From Octopus bimaculoides (Eukaryota): a stretch of 36,322 nt of DNA. This document shows, in pieces, positions 1 through 12,784 of the stretch. The position numbers were made by a program, and so were the translations under genes. Below the pieces are notes generated by a model. That model was not told the origin of the DNA and did not search any database. It saw nothing but the letters and a program-made list of their open reading frames with translations. How positions within the stretch are numbered: the stretch's first letter is position 1; each line of letters starts with the position of its first letter. The stretch is taken from positions 1,338,494 to 1,374,815 of the forward strand of contig NC_068998.1 in NCBI RefSeq assembly GCF_001194135.2, in the 5' to 3' direction.

Positions 1-878
1 TATATATACATACATATATATCAAATGGATGCGTTATAATACTGTTCCGCATATACGATAACAGCCATGCCAACAATCCAACATACCTCCATCATCAGCT
101 GCCCTACAGATATCACTATGATTTCGACACCCACATATACATGCGCACACACACGACACACACACACACATACACACACATACACACACATACACACATA
201 TATANNNNNNNNNNTGTGTATGTATATATACTTATCCGCGTGTGTGTCTGTGTATACACGTACACCCAATACACAGAAAATATATTTAATAAACAAAAAT
301 GTCAAAATATAACAAATTGGAACGAAAATAACAGACAAACAGACAAAGAGGCTAGAAGAAGACTGATTAATGCTTGATATATTGTTGATGTGGTGATGTT
401 GATGGTTGTGTGATGTTTTAAAAGAACATTCTATTAGCAAACCTTTAATACCGAACCTACAATCTAAACATAATTATTGTAGACAGAAGAATCTCGGTGG
501 GTTGCTGCGATGTACGAAATACTAAACATAGTTGAGTTATGTAGAAAGAAAATACAAGTGGCCAACCAGGTAGTGATGTATGGACGTGCACAGACATATA
601 TAACAAGAGAGAGAGAGAGAGAGAGAGAGTGAGGGAGAGAGAGAGAGAGAGAGTAAGAGATGGGGTGAGGAGAGGAGTGGTAGGTCAGTAAAAAAAAAAA
701 AAACAGATTGAAGACAAACAATTGAGACAGACAGACCTTTCAGAACTCTTTTTCGTGATATTTATCCATCCATCCACCTATCTCTCTGTCTGTCTATCTA
801 TCTATTTATCTTGCTATCTTTCTAGCCATCCCTCTTTCTCTCTCTCTTTCTCTATCGATCTATCTATTTATATCTCTT

Positions 879-965
<87 letters not shown>

Positions 966-1162
966 ATCCATCCATCCATCTGTCTATTGCCTGTTCATTG
1001 CATTTAATATATGTATATAGGTATGTATACACGTACATATGTATGTAGGTATATATGTGTTTATATACGTATATAAACACACACTCACATGTGTGTGTAC
1101 CTTATATCAACATTTAGGAGTATATGCATATATACATACTTACATGCGTATGCATTCATGCT

Positions 1163-1212
<50 letters not shown>

Positions 1213-2060
1213 TGTGTGTGTGTGAGTGTGTCTGTTTGTATCTATGTATTTTATGTGCGTATACTGACGTATTATTATTATATACACTACTTAGCTATGT
1301 TGACATTTCAATCTACGTGCATTCAAAGAATCATTACGAGAATGTCTCATATCATTCGTGACATGGTGGATAACACCTCCCTCTCCTCCCCCACCTCTCC
1401 CTCTCCCTCTCTCTCTCCCTCTCCCTCTCCCCCCCTTCCCCCTCTCTTATTTCTGTGTTTGTGTATCAAGTACACACACCCCACACACACACACACATAA
1501 ACTTCTCTGGAAAGGTAACTCAAGAAACTATAAATCGCCCCTAGGGAAGGGCGAGGGGTCCACGTCAGATCCCTGGCGGAGGTGAAATTAATCCCAAATC
1601 ACTTGTCTACAATAATCTATCTACCCGGCAGAATTATCGATATACTCCAGAAAAACTATCGTATTCCCTCATAACACCAGTCGTGGTGTTAATCCATGCT
1701 AATCCACGAAATTGGATGTGAAGGTTGCAGCAGCTGAAGAATTAGATGCCCTTACGGATATTCACGTAATTATTGAAGTTCCTTTTGGTCGAATACTGAT
1801 ATCTGGATAACTGTGTGTGTGTGTGTGTGTAGTTATATAAACATGTATACATATATGTATATAAGTATGTCTGTGTGTGTACACGTGTGTGTATGTGTGC
1901 GCGTTTGTGTATTATATTTGTGTGCATGTGTGTATGTATGTATGTATGTATATGTATGCATCCACATACATACTGGAATGTTTTTACATATTTTCACAGA
2001 TCCATAGATTACTTGGAGCTGGAATTTCCTTCTCATATTTTCTCCGGATTTGCGAAACCC

Positions 2061-2265
2061 AGGAGGAGGAGGAGGAGGAGGAGGAGGAGGAGNNNNNNNN
2101 NNNNNNNNNNNNNNNNNNNNNNNNNNNNNNNNNNNNNNNNNNNNNNNNNNNNNNNNNNNNNNNNNNNNNNNNNNNNNNNNNNNNNNNNNNNNNNNNNNNN
2201 NNNNNNNNNNNNNNNNNNNNNNNNNNNNNNNAGGAGGAGGAGGAGGAGGAGGAGGAGGAGGAGGA
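2061..2265 (+). repeat. (GGA)n trinucleotide microsatellite spanning an N gap
   Basis: Pure AGG repeats on both sides of the gap at 2093-2231. Confidence 0.95.
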
Positions 2266-2989
2266 TTGTTAAATTTGATTCAAACCTAGGAAGGCGTGAA
2301 TCAAGCCAGCAACCTTGCCGTCTCTTCGCTCAATCCCTCCGGCTACTGTTAAATAAATTTTGCTGTGATGCCGCGCATTAATCTAGATTTTATATCTGTC
2401 CATCATTATTTAGTCCGAAACAGAAGGGTGAGATTTGTACATGAAATATCGTGAGAGGAGAAGAGTTCTAAAACCAAGGGGAGATAAATCACAAATGATT
2501 TGGGGTGAGGTGTGTTTGTAGAGGTTCGAGGTGAAAGGATATTATGATGTGATAGATGGGTGTGTTTATAGATCAAAGAGGAAGTAAAGAAAATAAGGTG
2601 GTGTGGGTTATTTCGGGTGAGTCTAGGGAGCAGTGTATAAAGAAGACACAGAGTACAAGTTGTTCACACGCACCCCACACACATATCCACTTGTATGTGC
2701 ACAGATGTACACACACACACACATACTCACGTATACGTACAGACATAGAAACCCGCTTTTGCATACAGGGAGAAAAACATTAGCGCACACACGTACACAC
2801 ACACACATCCATTGAAATACTTTATATATAAATGTAGAACGTAAAAGAAACGGGAAGCTGCGTTTATAGAGTACCTAATTACATCAACTTACGCACGTTT
2901 CATTAACAATAAATAAATATCAGTTATGGGAAGGAAATCTTCCAAAAAATCCTCCTGATATACAAAAGTACATATGGAGTTCGAGACAC

Positions 2990-3282
2990 TGCTTATTTCG
3001 TGGGGTTATGAGTTCGATTCCCGGACCCGGCTGCATGTCGTGTTCTAGAGCAAGACACTTTATTTTACGTTGCTTCAGTTCGCTCAGCTGTAGAAATGAG
3101 TTGCGACGTCGCTGGTGCCAAGCTGTATCGGCCGCTTTGCCTTTCCCTTGGATAACATCGGTGGTATGAAGGGGGGAAGGTTGTTACGCATGGGCGACCG
3201 CTGGTCTTCCATAGGTTGTGCGTTCGCCGGTGAGGCGACTTTCCGCCCAGACTTTTACCTCGCGGGGGAACCTCCTAGATGC
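2990..3282 (+). mobile_element. tRNA-derived CORE-type SINE, family D
   Basis: B box GAGTTCGATTCCC (3010-3022), then GTGTTCTAGAGCAAGACACTT..CAGTTCGCTCAGCTGTAGAAATGAG, which aligns with the MIR-type CORE (TTGGGCAAGTCACTT..CAGTTTCCTCATCTGTAAAATGG). Confidence 0.75.
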
Positions 3283-3532
3283 ACTTATGTATGTATGTAT
3301 GTATGTGGTTGTATGTATGTGAAAGACGAAAAGAAAAGAATACTTAAGTAAATATATATGGGCTAACATTCGGTAGTGACATCATAGCTACATAACGCAG
3401 ACCTTCGATACCAGACTGCCATACTAAATATATACATGTGTGTGTGTGTGTATCAAGATAGCCACATAGAATTCTTCACATCTAATTTAATTTTCTTTCC
3501 TTTTTCCTTACACCCCTTTCTTTATCAATTTC

Positions 3533-3593
<61 letters not shown>

Positions 3594-3628
3594 TTGAGCC
3601 TATCTCCCTCGACTTCTCTATCATTCAG

Positions 3629-3715
3629 TATCATCCTCCAAAGACTCATGTTTGCGAAGAGAGAACGTGACAAACTCCGCTTCAACAGACGGAAAGCCAT
3701 CAGCGAATCTCCCTC
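3629..3715 (+). CDS. Candidate 87-nt symmetric exon, unknown gene
   Basis: Pyrimidine-rich acceptor TTCTCTATCATTCAG downstream of a long (TC)n tract and donor GTATGT at 3716. Two frames are open: SSSKDSCLRRENVTNSASTDGKPSANLP (phase 1) and IILQRLMFAKRERDKLRFNRRKAISESP (phase 2). Confidence 0.3.
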
Positions 3716-5159
3716 GTATGTATGCGTGTGTATGTATGTGTGTGTGTGCGTGTGTGTGTACTTATATATATAATTACATGCACACAAACTTATACATACA
3801 CATATATGTACGTACATACGTATGTACATATATCGTGAGAGGAGATGTGTACTTATATGTATATCATTGTGACCATGTAAATAATTACATGTATGCACAC
3901 ACACTCATACAAACACATGGACACATATACGCATATACACATCTATTCATATATGTATACATGTGTGTATATATATGTGTGTATATATATGTGTGTGTGT
4001 TTTATGTTACGTATATGTATATATTTCTGTACATATATGTGTGTGTGTGTCTCCGTATACACCCACACACACCCACACACACATGCACATATATACATAC
4101 ATACATTCATGCATACACACACACGTAGATGCCTGTATGTGAGTATTTGTCTGAGTAGGTGTTTGGAGATATTCTTTCAGTAAAAGCAGACACGTGTGTT
4201 AGATTAGAGTTCTTAGTGCAAATTGCATTCATCAAGTTGTCATTAGAAAACGAAAGGAAAAGGTGGTGAGTAAACCCCGGCTAATATCGGCAAGGCCTTA
4301 TATTTACTGGCTCCGGCAATAAATAAAGTTAGAAGTGTATTTGTTACTCGAGTTCTGCCAGTCTAATCGCAATTTGTTGACTGCTTAAACTTATAATTAA
4401 GACATTTATCAGTGACGTCAAACAAGCCTCCAGGCATTGGTTTGCAATCTGATCAAAGTGCAGATGTTTGATGTTTGCAAATATCTTGTTGTCATCAGAC
4501 TAAGTCCACCGTCCAAAAGCAATTAGCAAACAAACAAATAAATAAATTTTTTTCTCTTCTTAGTATGTCGTGTAACAATCAGCTTCATTTACATAAAATC
4601 ACTTTCACATCTCCTTCTCTTTCTCTCCCTCTTTCCTCCTCTCTCTCTCGCTTTCTCTCTCGTTCCCTCTCTTTCTCCATTTGTCTCGCCACTTATTTTC
4701 TGTAGTCGAATTCTCCAGACATTATAAATTCTTTTGTTACTCAGAAAAGTTTGGGACTCTTCGTTTGACTGCAGGTCATAGAATATTAAACCCCGCCCCT
4801 CCCGCCCTCATCTTCTTATTCCTTCTCCTCTTCATTCTCTGTCACTTTATCTTTCTTTCTTCTTGTCCGTTCATCTAACCGACACAATAATCTCTGCCGT
4901 ATATCTAACCATCCACAGAACATTAACTATTTTATTCTTTGAATCATCCATCTCTCACGTTGCACCGCAACAAACTGTGTTGAAATCTGCATTTTTAAGC
5001 TCTAAATATTTAAGTGCTTGACAAAAAACGCTCCAAACATTATTTTAAATAATCTTGAATTTCGGATGAGTCATTTTGCTGATATTAGATTACACATGTA
5101 CCATTCAGTTTAATACTATACGTACATATATACATTTATCCATACATGTGTAAGTGTAC

Positions 5160-5227
<68 letters not shown>

Positions 5228-5282
5228 CTCTATCTATATACTTACACACATATGTGTGTGTATATATGTAGATATATATACA

Positions 5283-5460
5283 CAGTAATGCCTCGATATG
5301 CGAGTAAATTTGTTCCTGGAGACCGTTCGTAAAACGAAAACTCGTAAAACAGAACAGTATTTTGCTATAGTAGCAATGTTATAAACCGTAATTCTTTCCC
5401 AGAAAAATATTTTGCCTATAAAATTTATAAAACTTGGAAATAAACGGCAATAAAACAACA
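5283..5460 (+). mobile_element. Tigger/pogo-like DNA transposon terminal fragment
   Basis: Starts CAGTAATGCCTCGATATGCGAGT after a TA run, with subterminal TCGTAAAAC repeats, a pattern typical of Tigger-type ends. It runs into (TA)n and an N gap, so the other end is not visible. Confidence 0.5.
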
Positions 5461-5672
5461 GTATATATATATATATATNNNNNNNNNNNNNNNNNNNNNN
5501 NNNNNNNNNNNNNNNNNNNNNNNNNNNNNNNNNNNNNNNNNNNNNNNNNNNNNNNNNNNNNNNNNNNNNNNNNNNNNNNNNNNNNNNNNNNNNNNNNNNN
5601 NNNNNNNNNNNNNNNNNNNNNNNNNNNNNNNNNNNNNNNNNNNNNNNNNNNNNNNNNNNNNNNNNNNNNNNN

Positions 5673-5722
<50 letters not shown>

Positions 5723-6021
5723 GAGAGAGAGAGAGAGAGTGAGAGAGAGAGAGAGATTCTGACCATGATAATATTAATCACATTTTGTGTGATTGTCGTA
5801 AATTGCTTGATCGAGGGAATGGGTCAGTTTAGCCGACTTGATGGCGTCACCGTTGTCACCAACATGTATGGAGTTGCGGTCAGCCTGGCTTTGATTTATG
5901 ATCTGGTTATTGCTGGTCAGTGGCCTCAGCCGTCATAGAAAATCACTGGGACAAAAGGCATCGTTATATGCTGGGACATACATTTCCTCACATACATTTA
6001 TATAAACATAGGCTCGCAAAC

Positions 6022-6083
6022 ATACACACAAACACACATATACACACAAACACACATATACACACAAACACACATATACACAC
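6022..6083 (+). repeat. 18-bp minisatellite (ATACACACAAACACACAT) x about 3.5
   Basis: Direct tandem copies; they translate as repeated NTHIHT in the ORF track. Confidence 0.8.
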
Positions 6084-6265
6084 AGACGCACAGATACACA
6101 TAATCACCTATACGCATGCAAATATATACACACACACACATACAGCAAAAAAAAACAAATAAACATCCTTACATAGACACACATGCACCTACATTTAGTT
6201 TTACAGAGCACAACCAGTTTCATTTGACTGTTTTTTTACATATTGTATGTATGTATGTATGTGTG

Positions 6266-6304
<39 letters not shown>

Positions 6305-6798
6305 TTATGTGTGTGTATGTATGTATGTATGTATGTATGTGTGTATGTATGCGTGTATGCATGTAGGTATGTATGTATGAATGAATGTATGTATGTATGT
6401 ATGAATGTATTCATCTATGTGTGTGTGTGTATGTATATATGTCTCTTCCATTTTTTAATTATTCCACTGAGGAGCCGGTTTCGAACAAAGATACAAGGCT
6501 CCATCTTTGGGATGTTGTTAACACAGACAAATTCACACTTGGAACTTGAGAAAAGTCTTGCATATTTTTACTGTTCCACTCACAGATTGCACTTGTAATG
6601 TACGAATCAGCCGGTCGATTTCTCTTTCTGAAAATCCCAGTTTATCCAGATTCTCCTTTANNNNNNNNNNNNNNNNNNNNNNNNNNNNNNNNNNNNNNNN
6701 NNNNNNNNNNNNNNNNNNNNNNNNNNNNNNNNNNNNNNNNNNNNNNNNNNNNNNNNNNNNNNNNNNNNNNNNNNNNNNNNNNNNNNNNNNNNNNNNNN

Positions 6799-6839
<41 letters not shown>

Positions 6840-6851
<12 letters not shown>

Positions 6852-6946
6852 ACTGACGTCTATCAGATGGTCTAAAGATCCTGAAGGCGGTGCTACAGCA
6901 TGGGCGCTGACTAATGTCTAAAGCTGAAAAAAAAAGGAACAAAAGA
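6840..6946 (+). mobile_element. SINE family A-like 3' tail (diverged)
   Basis: GAAGGCGGTGCTACAGCATGGGCGC..GCTGAAA plus an A-rich tail, after (GT)n. Confidence 0.55.
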
Positions 6947-7825
6947 TATGAGTGAGTGGGTGTCTACCAAACATGGATAAGTGTAATGTGAAGTAGAGAG
7001 AAGTTGGTTAACCTACTGTAAGCACACATAAACACATATACATATATGCGTATATTTACATATGTACACACACACACATACACGCATACACGCATACGCA
7101 CACACACACACACGACGTGAAATTTTGTCGAAATAAATACAAAATTCAATAAATCAAATGAAATTGAGAACCGACATTTTTGTTGAATTGAAATGTTGTG
7201 ATTGCTGTTACTGTTGTTGCCATTTTGTTGTTGTTGGGGGGGGGGGGTAGTGGTGATGGCTTTGGTGGTGGTCATCGTCGCCGTGGTATGTGTGTCTGTT
7301 ACAGAAGTAGGAGTAGCAATTGTGATGTTTGCGGTGGTGTTGTTGAAGATGGTCGTAGTGGTAGTGGTGATTATGGTGCTGTGTACAATAATAATGCTGG
7401 CAGCGGCGGTAGTACTGATGATGGTGGCGGTGATGGTAGTGCTGCTACTGCTGGTGGCGGTGGCAGTGGTAGTAGTAATGATGGTGGTGGTGGTGGTGAG
7501 AGTAGACCACATTTAAAACGAAGCCATCCAAATGTTTAGTAAACACTCACCACTCAATTGATACACACACACACACACATACTGATCGACATACAGACAT
7601 ACTCCCTCTCCTCACTGTGGTCCCAGTACCACTACTACAACAGCCTCTGCTCCACTATAGTTACCTCCCGCTTTCCTCCACATCAAATCTTTAGTATAAG
7701 GTGTAATTTGAGAGGAATTTTGGGTGTTATTTTTAGCAGATCAAGTTACCGTGTAGCGATTCCCTCATTAGTTTTGATAATAAAGATAGAAAGATAGTGG
7801 TGGAACACGTGCAGATACTTTTGTT

Positions 7826-8022
7826 GTTCTTGTTGTATAGACCCAAGTCATCCCTTGTGCAGAAGACATATGACCAAAATGCATTCCAGTTGTGACCATC
7901 CATCCTTAACTGCATATGTAAAAAGCACACATAGCCAAATATGGCTGGTTTAAAACGGTAGTGTCACTTGAGGGACATGTGGCTGGTATTTCTACGATTT
8001 TAAGCGACCACGTAGTGACTCC
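7826..8022. repeat. Interspersed repeat family F (unclassified)
   Basis: TTGT..TAGACCC..ATGACCAAAATGCATTCCAG..TTGAGGGACATGTGGCTGGTATTTCTA..GACCAC; related segments at about 7690-7760, 31413-31600 and 32922-33160. Confidence 0.55.
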
Positions 8023-8474
8023 CTTGTTGTCTCATGTGTGTCGTTAAAGGTGGGGGAGCAAAGGTGTCACTGGAGTGGTTAGGGGTGGTGCTAGTGTCAA
8101 AGAGAGGGCAAATCCTTGTGAAAAGATCCAAATTCTTGGCGGCAGGAAGTCGTTTATAAATGGCGGACTTGTAACACTTGATAAAAGACATTTGTAAAGA
8201 GTTATGGCTTCTACAACCGTTCACATATCTACGAATAGTGTAGTGGCCACTTCGACAAATGTGTGAGCGTGTATGTGTGTGTGTGTGTGTGTGAGTGTGT
8301 GTGTGTGTGTGTGTAGCACTGTGCACGAGTGTATATTCTATGTGTATATTACTGTGTATATGTTGTTTCTGTGCTTTCGACGAGAGATTTGTTTCACCTT
8401 TTTACACCAATGATAACCAATCATACAATATACAAGCATTCAACATTCTGTTCCCCTCTCTCTAACTTTTCACA

Positions 8475-8530
<56 letters not shown>

Positions 8531-8531
<1 letters not shown>

Positions 8532-8841
8532 CTTTTCTCTTTTATTTGTTTCAGTCATTAGACTGCGGCCATGCTGGGGCACCGCCTTGAAGCATTCTTA
8601 ATCGAATGTATCAATCCCACTACTTATTTTTTAAAGCTTGGTACTTATTTTCTCGGTGTTATAAAGACGTAAACACACCGACACCGGTTGTCGAATGGTG
8701 GTGGGGAAAGGACAGAAAACACAAAGACACATACACACACATATGTACGACAGGCTTCTTTCAGTTTCCATCTACCAAATTCGATCATAAGGTTGGCCCG
8801 AGGTTATACTAGAAGACACTCTCCTTAGGTGCCACGGAGTG
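8531..8841 (-). mobile_element. SINE family A copy (internally deleted, head truncated)
   Basis: TTTCAGTCATTAGACTGCGGCCATGCTGGGGCACCGCC...CTTTCAGTTTCCATCTACCAAAT...AGAAGACAC aligns by eye with 34811-35219. Confidence 0.85.
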
Positions 8842-8891
8842 TGTGTATGTATGTATGTATATATATATATACATACATAGAGTGTGAGAGT

Positions 8892-8970
<79 letters not shown>

Positions 8971-10776
8971 ACAGACAGAAATAGAGAGAGCGAAGCGACC
9001 ATGCACAGAGATACACAGATACAGCAACAAACGTAGCGACATTGAGACAGAAACATCCCTGATACAACAAGACTGATCGTCTGCTGAAATTCGCACATTT
9101 CAAAAATCGTGAAATATTGTTTTCTGCTTGTTGAATTGAATCGTTGGTTTTGATAAAATGGTTTCGAATGTCTTAGAGAAACTATTAAAACTTGTATCAA
9201 CGTTAGTGATGCAATAAAATAAAGTATAGTTATAGTGTTTCGAGTCTTGGTCAAGGTAGGTGAAGTCGACTGAGAAAATACATTTAACACGTAAAAGAAA
9301 GAAATTTTTAGAAAAAACACAAAAAGCACAAAAGAAAAACACAATAAGAAAAAATTGAAAGATAAAACGAAAAAAAATCTCATTTAATGGTTTGTTATTT
9401 CAATAAATAGAAATAAAAGTTTCTTTCCATTATTCATTCAACTGACAAGTTTATCTGACGAGAAGATGGCGAGATAAACAGCTTCCAACTTTTTTTCTAA
9501 TCTTTGTTCTCTTCGTCTTAAAGAAAAGGTATTTAAATATTCTTTGTTTTGTCTGTTTGTTTATTTTAATTGCTTTTGTTTTTGGAAATTTATTTATTTA
9601 TTTATTATTTTCTCAGAGCCGAAACCAATTCGGTTCTTTGCGTTGGTCTTTGTTTAAAATCTGTTTGGACTTAATGACTAAATACAGAGACGAATAACAA
9701 GTAAATTCCCTCTTAAAAGAAGCCCAGAATCTTAAGGAAGGAGATAAAGTGGAGTAAATTGCTCCTGATTATATGACTGGTACTTACTCCATGGTATTCA
9801 GAAAGATTTAAAAAATCAAGGTTATTCTTGAAGTCAGAACGCTAAGGATAGAATTAAATACTGAAAGTTCTCTGTATCAGTCTTACCAATCCACTTCTCC
9901 ACTCCAAGACTCAAAGAATATCCATGCTTTATAGATATTCTTATTTTGATTTTGCTGCAGAAGTTTATCGACCTTTATGATATTGCTTGATTATGTTAAA
10001 TATATAGATTATGTCTGATTTCCTTCTATAGTTGAGGTTGCTTAGAGCGGAACGTTCGAGCACTTAAAGAGTAATATGGTTATTAGAGAACAATATGATT
10101 TACAAAGACTGATTTGATTCATAAACAAATTAATTCTACATGCGACTGACAATATTAATGGAGACACACACAAGAAGAAAACAACGGTGAACAAAATGTA
10201 AAACACAAATTCAAAATTCATTTAATAAAACTAATTTAAATGATAAAGAAATATATCGTCTGCTTCAATGAAATTCTCGGAAATGTTTCTGTTATTGTTA
10301 AATAAATTGCAATCAAGCGTGAGATATCTATATTGAGACAGGAAATGTCTAGTCATTGTCGCCACCTACAGTAGCCAGTGACTGGGTGGTTTTGGAACTC
10401 ACGTGATGTGAATTCAATAGTAAATAAATGACTGTAGATTATGTATTGCTGTGTTTAAAAGACCGATAAATGATGAGAAATCGTTCTTAAGATATAGATT
10501 TGTATGTGGTTAGGAATATCTGTGCTTGTATGTATGTATGTATGTATGTGTGTGTACATGCGGGGGGGGGGGGTGCCGTGTATGTGTGTGTATGTGTATA
10601 CGTGTACGTGAGTGTGTCAATATGCAATTCTGTGTGCAAATGTATACGTGTGCAATATCAGATGTTTGAAAGCCAGAATGTTGTGTGAATGCCGTGTGTA
10701 TATTGTTCAGTTAAAAAGTAACTCGAATTTTCTCAGAAACCTCATGATGAGATGTTATACACTCATACAAATATAC

Positions 10777-10829
<53 letters not shown>

Positions 10830-10843
<14 letters not shown>

Positions 10844-11040
10844 TCCCCCACTACTGCTTAACAACTGCTGTTGGTGTGTTTACACCCCCTGTAACATAGC
10901 GGTTTGGCAAAAGTGCCTGGTATAATAAATAGCAGGCTTTAAGGGAAAAAAAGTACAAGAGTCGATTCGTTCGACTAAAATTCTTCAATGTGGTACCCCA
11001 GTATGGCCGCTGTCTAAATGAGTGAGACGAGTAACAGAAT
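10830..11040 (+). mobile_element. SINE family A 3' half (diverged)
   Basis: GTGTTTGTCCCCC..TTGGTGTGTTTAC..GTAACATAGCGGTTTGGCAAAAG..GTCGATTCGTTCGACTAAAA..CCAGTATGGCCGC, directly after a (GT)n tract. Confidence 0.8.
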
Positions 11041-11249
11041 ACTGCCATCACATTTACAAGACATAACAAATGCCGGCAAAGCAACTCCCAACGTCCTCAT
11101 TACACTCTCATCCACCACATTTGGTCAGTGAAACAGCAACGCCCATATACAAACACAATCTTAGATCAATCATAGATTCTACGTCTTCCGCTTTAGTTCC
11201 ATTCTCACATCAATAACCCAAAATATTCTACGAAGACTTCCAATAGGCT

Positions 11250-11804
11250 CATTTCACAACTCTCTCAAATAACAGCAACATCGCTCAAAATGTAGAACCA
11301 GTATTCCATTGCGCTTATCAACTCAGCTCTGTTGAGAATCAATGGTTATTGAGAGTTTGGAATATTTTCTGTGCCTAAAGAGGAAGTGGCAGCCTTTAAG
11401 ATAGAGTTTTGGTTCTACAAAAGAACTGCATTGGCCAGAAGAAATCCGAATTGATAGTGAGGTGTAGCGTTCGTAACAACCTTGACGGTTTTATGTGCAT
11501 GTTGTGTATGTCTGGTGGTAATACGAGACAGTTTTATTGATATGGGATAGGGTTTGTGTTGCTGAAGGAGACGATGATATTTGGGCCCCTGAAGGGGCTG
11601 TTTATGGAGTCAAATCAGATTTGACGTGGGATATCAAGGCTACATGTGAAGGATGGTTGAGTGCGGGGGGGTTAATGTGCAGTAAAGTTTGGTATCACCT
11701 GCATAGGTGTGTCTCTGTGCGTTATTGAAGGTGATGGCAGGTAAGTTTTGGATGAGTCGGAGTGAGAGTGTAGGCGACAAACCCGAATCTTGGAAAATAC
11801 CAGA
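11250..11804 (-). mobile_element. Decayed non-LTR retrotransposon (CR1/L2/Jockey-group) reverse transcriptase fragment
   Basis: Minus strand reads SGIFQDSGLSPTLSLRLIQNLPAITFNNAQRHTYAGDTKLY (cf. SGVPQGSVLSPTLFLLFINDL..YADD; YAGD at 11694-11705), then LTINSDFFW and MEYWFYIL (cf. LTINSDLSW, MEYCSHIW). Several stops and frameshifts. Confidence 0.75.
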
Positions 11805-11824
11805 GAGAGAGAGAGAAGGAGAAT

Positions 11825-11880
<56 letters not shown>

Positions 11881-12622
11881 TTACATTAGCTCAGGATGAG
11901 ACGAAGCGTCCTGACAGAAATCTTCCAAAAGACGAGAGATGGATGAAAACCACAGACAAGTAGTTCTGGTAGGATTTTCCATGTGAAACGTCCAATGTAG
12001 GCGGAACCTGTTAGTGCAAGTGATGCTTCATGTTCTGTTCATTACTTCGGAAATAAATCGTTCCTGTCTTTTGATGTCTTTAAACTGGAAATTTTACACC
12101 AGCAGCTGAGCCATTGGTTCATATGTTATTAAGAAGATTTCATTTTTAATGGAACTAAAATACGATTAATAGAGCCGCGTCAATGTTATAAACAGATAAA
12201 TATCTTCCACAAGTCGCGGACGCCTTGAAGAAAATCAAGAGCGCCGCCCTTCCTCGACTGTCCATGGGGTGGTACCCTGCCAGGATTTCAATGTAGGTGG
12301 GAAACAAATTGAAATAAATTTATCTGATTAGTAAAGGTGTCAATTAAACTGACATCGTTAGACTGAAAGGGCTGTGAAATGTTGGTTTAGAGTTTGCTGT
12401 AGTGATGAGGGGTGGTTCAAAAGAGGGCAGCATGTCAAATGTGAACTATGTCCCTCGTATAAACCGTTCCAAAATTCTAAACTAATCCATGTCTCACGTA
12501 TTTTTCTGTCTACACAGTAAAGTGTGTATACATATGCAAACATAGATGTAAATGGAAATATATATATAAAATGATTTTATACACGTTCAAGTATGTACAC
12601 ACACATACACACACCTATGTAC

Positions 12623-12784
<162 letters not shown>

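Noticed and set aside
6466-6490. CTGAGGAG..CGAAC hammerhead-like string
   Set aside because: GAAA is replaced by GAAC, and there is no stem I or stem III pairing.
7190-7500. Poly-Thr/Gly/Val ORFs here and the Asp/His-rich ORFs at 20527-20869, 21331-21720, 23726-24047 and 24480-24670
   Set aside because: Cryptic trinucleotide simple sequence (GGT/GAT/CAT) open on both strands, with no splice or homology support.
9449-9479. Inverted GTTTATCT/AGATAAAC pair (8-bp stem, two GATA sites) around CTGACGA
   Set aside because: No GAAA or hammerhead helices; an 8-bp inverted repeat is unremarkable.
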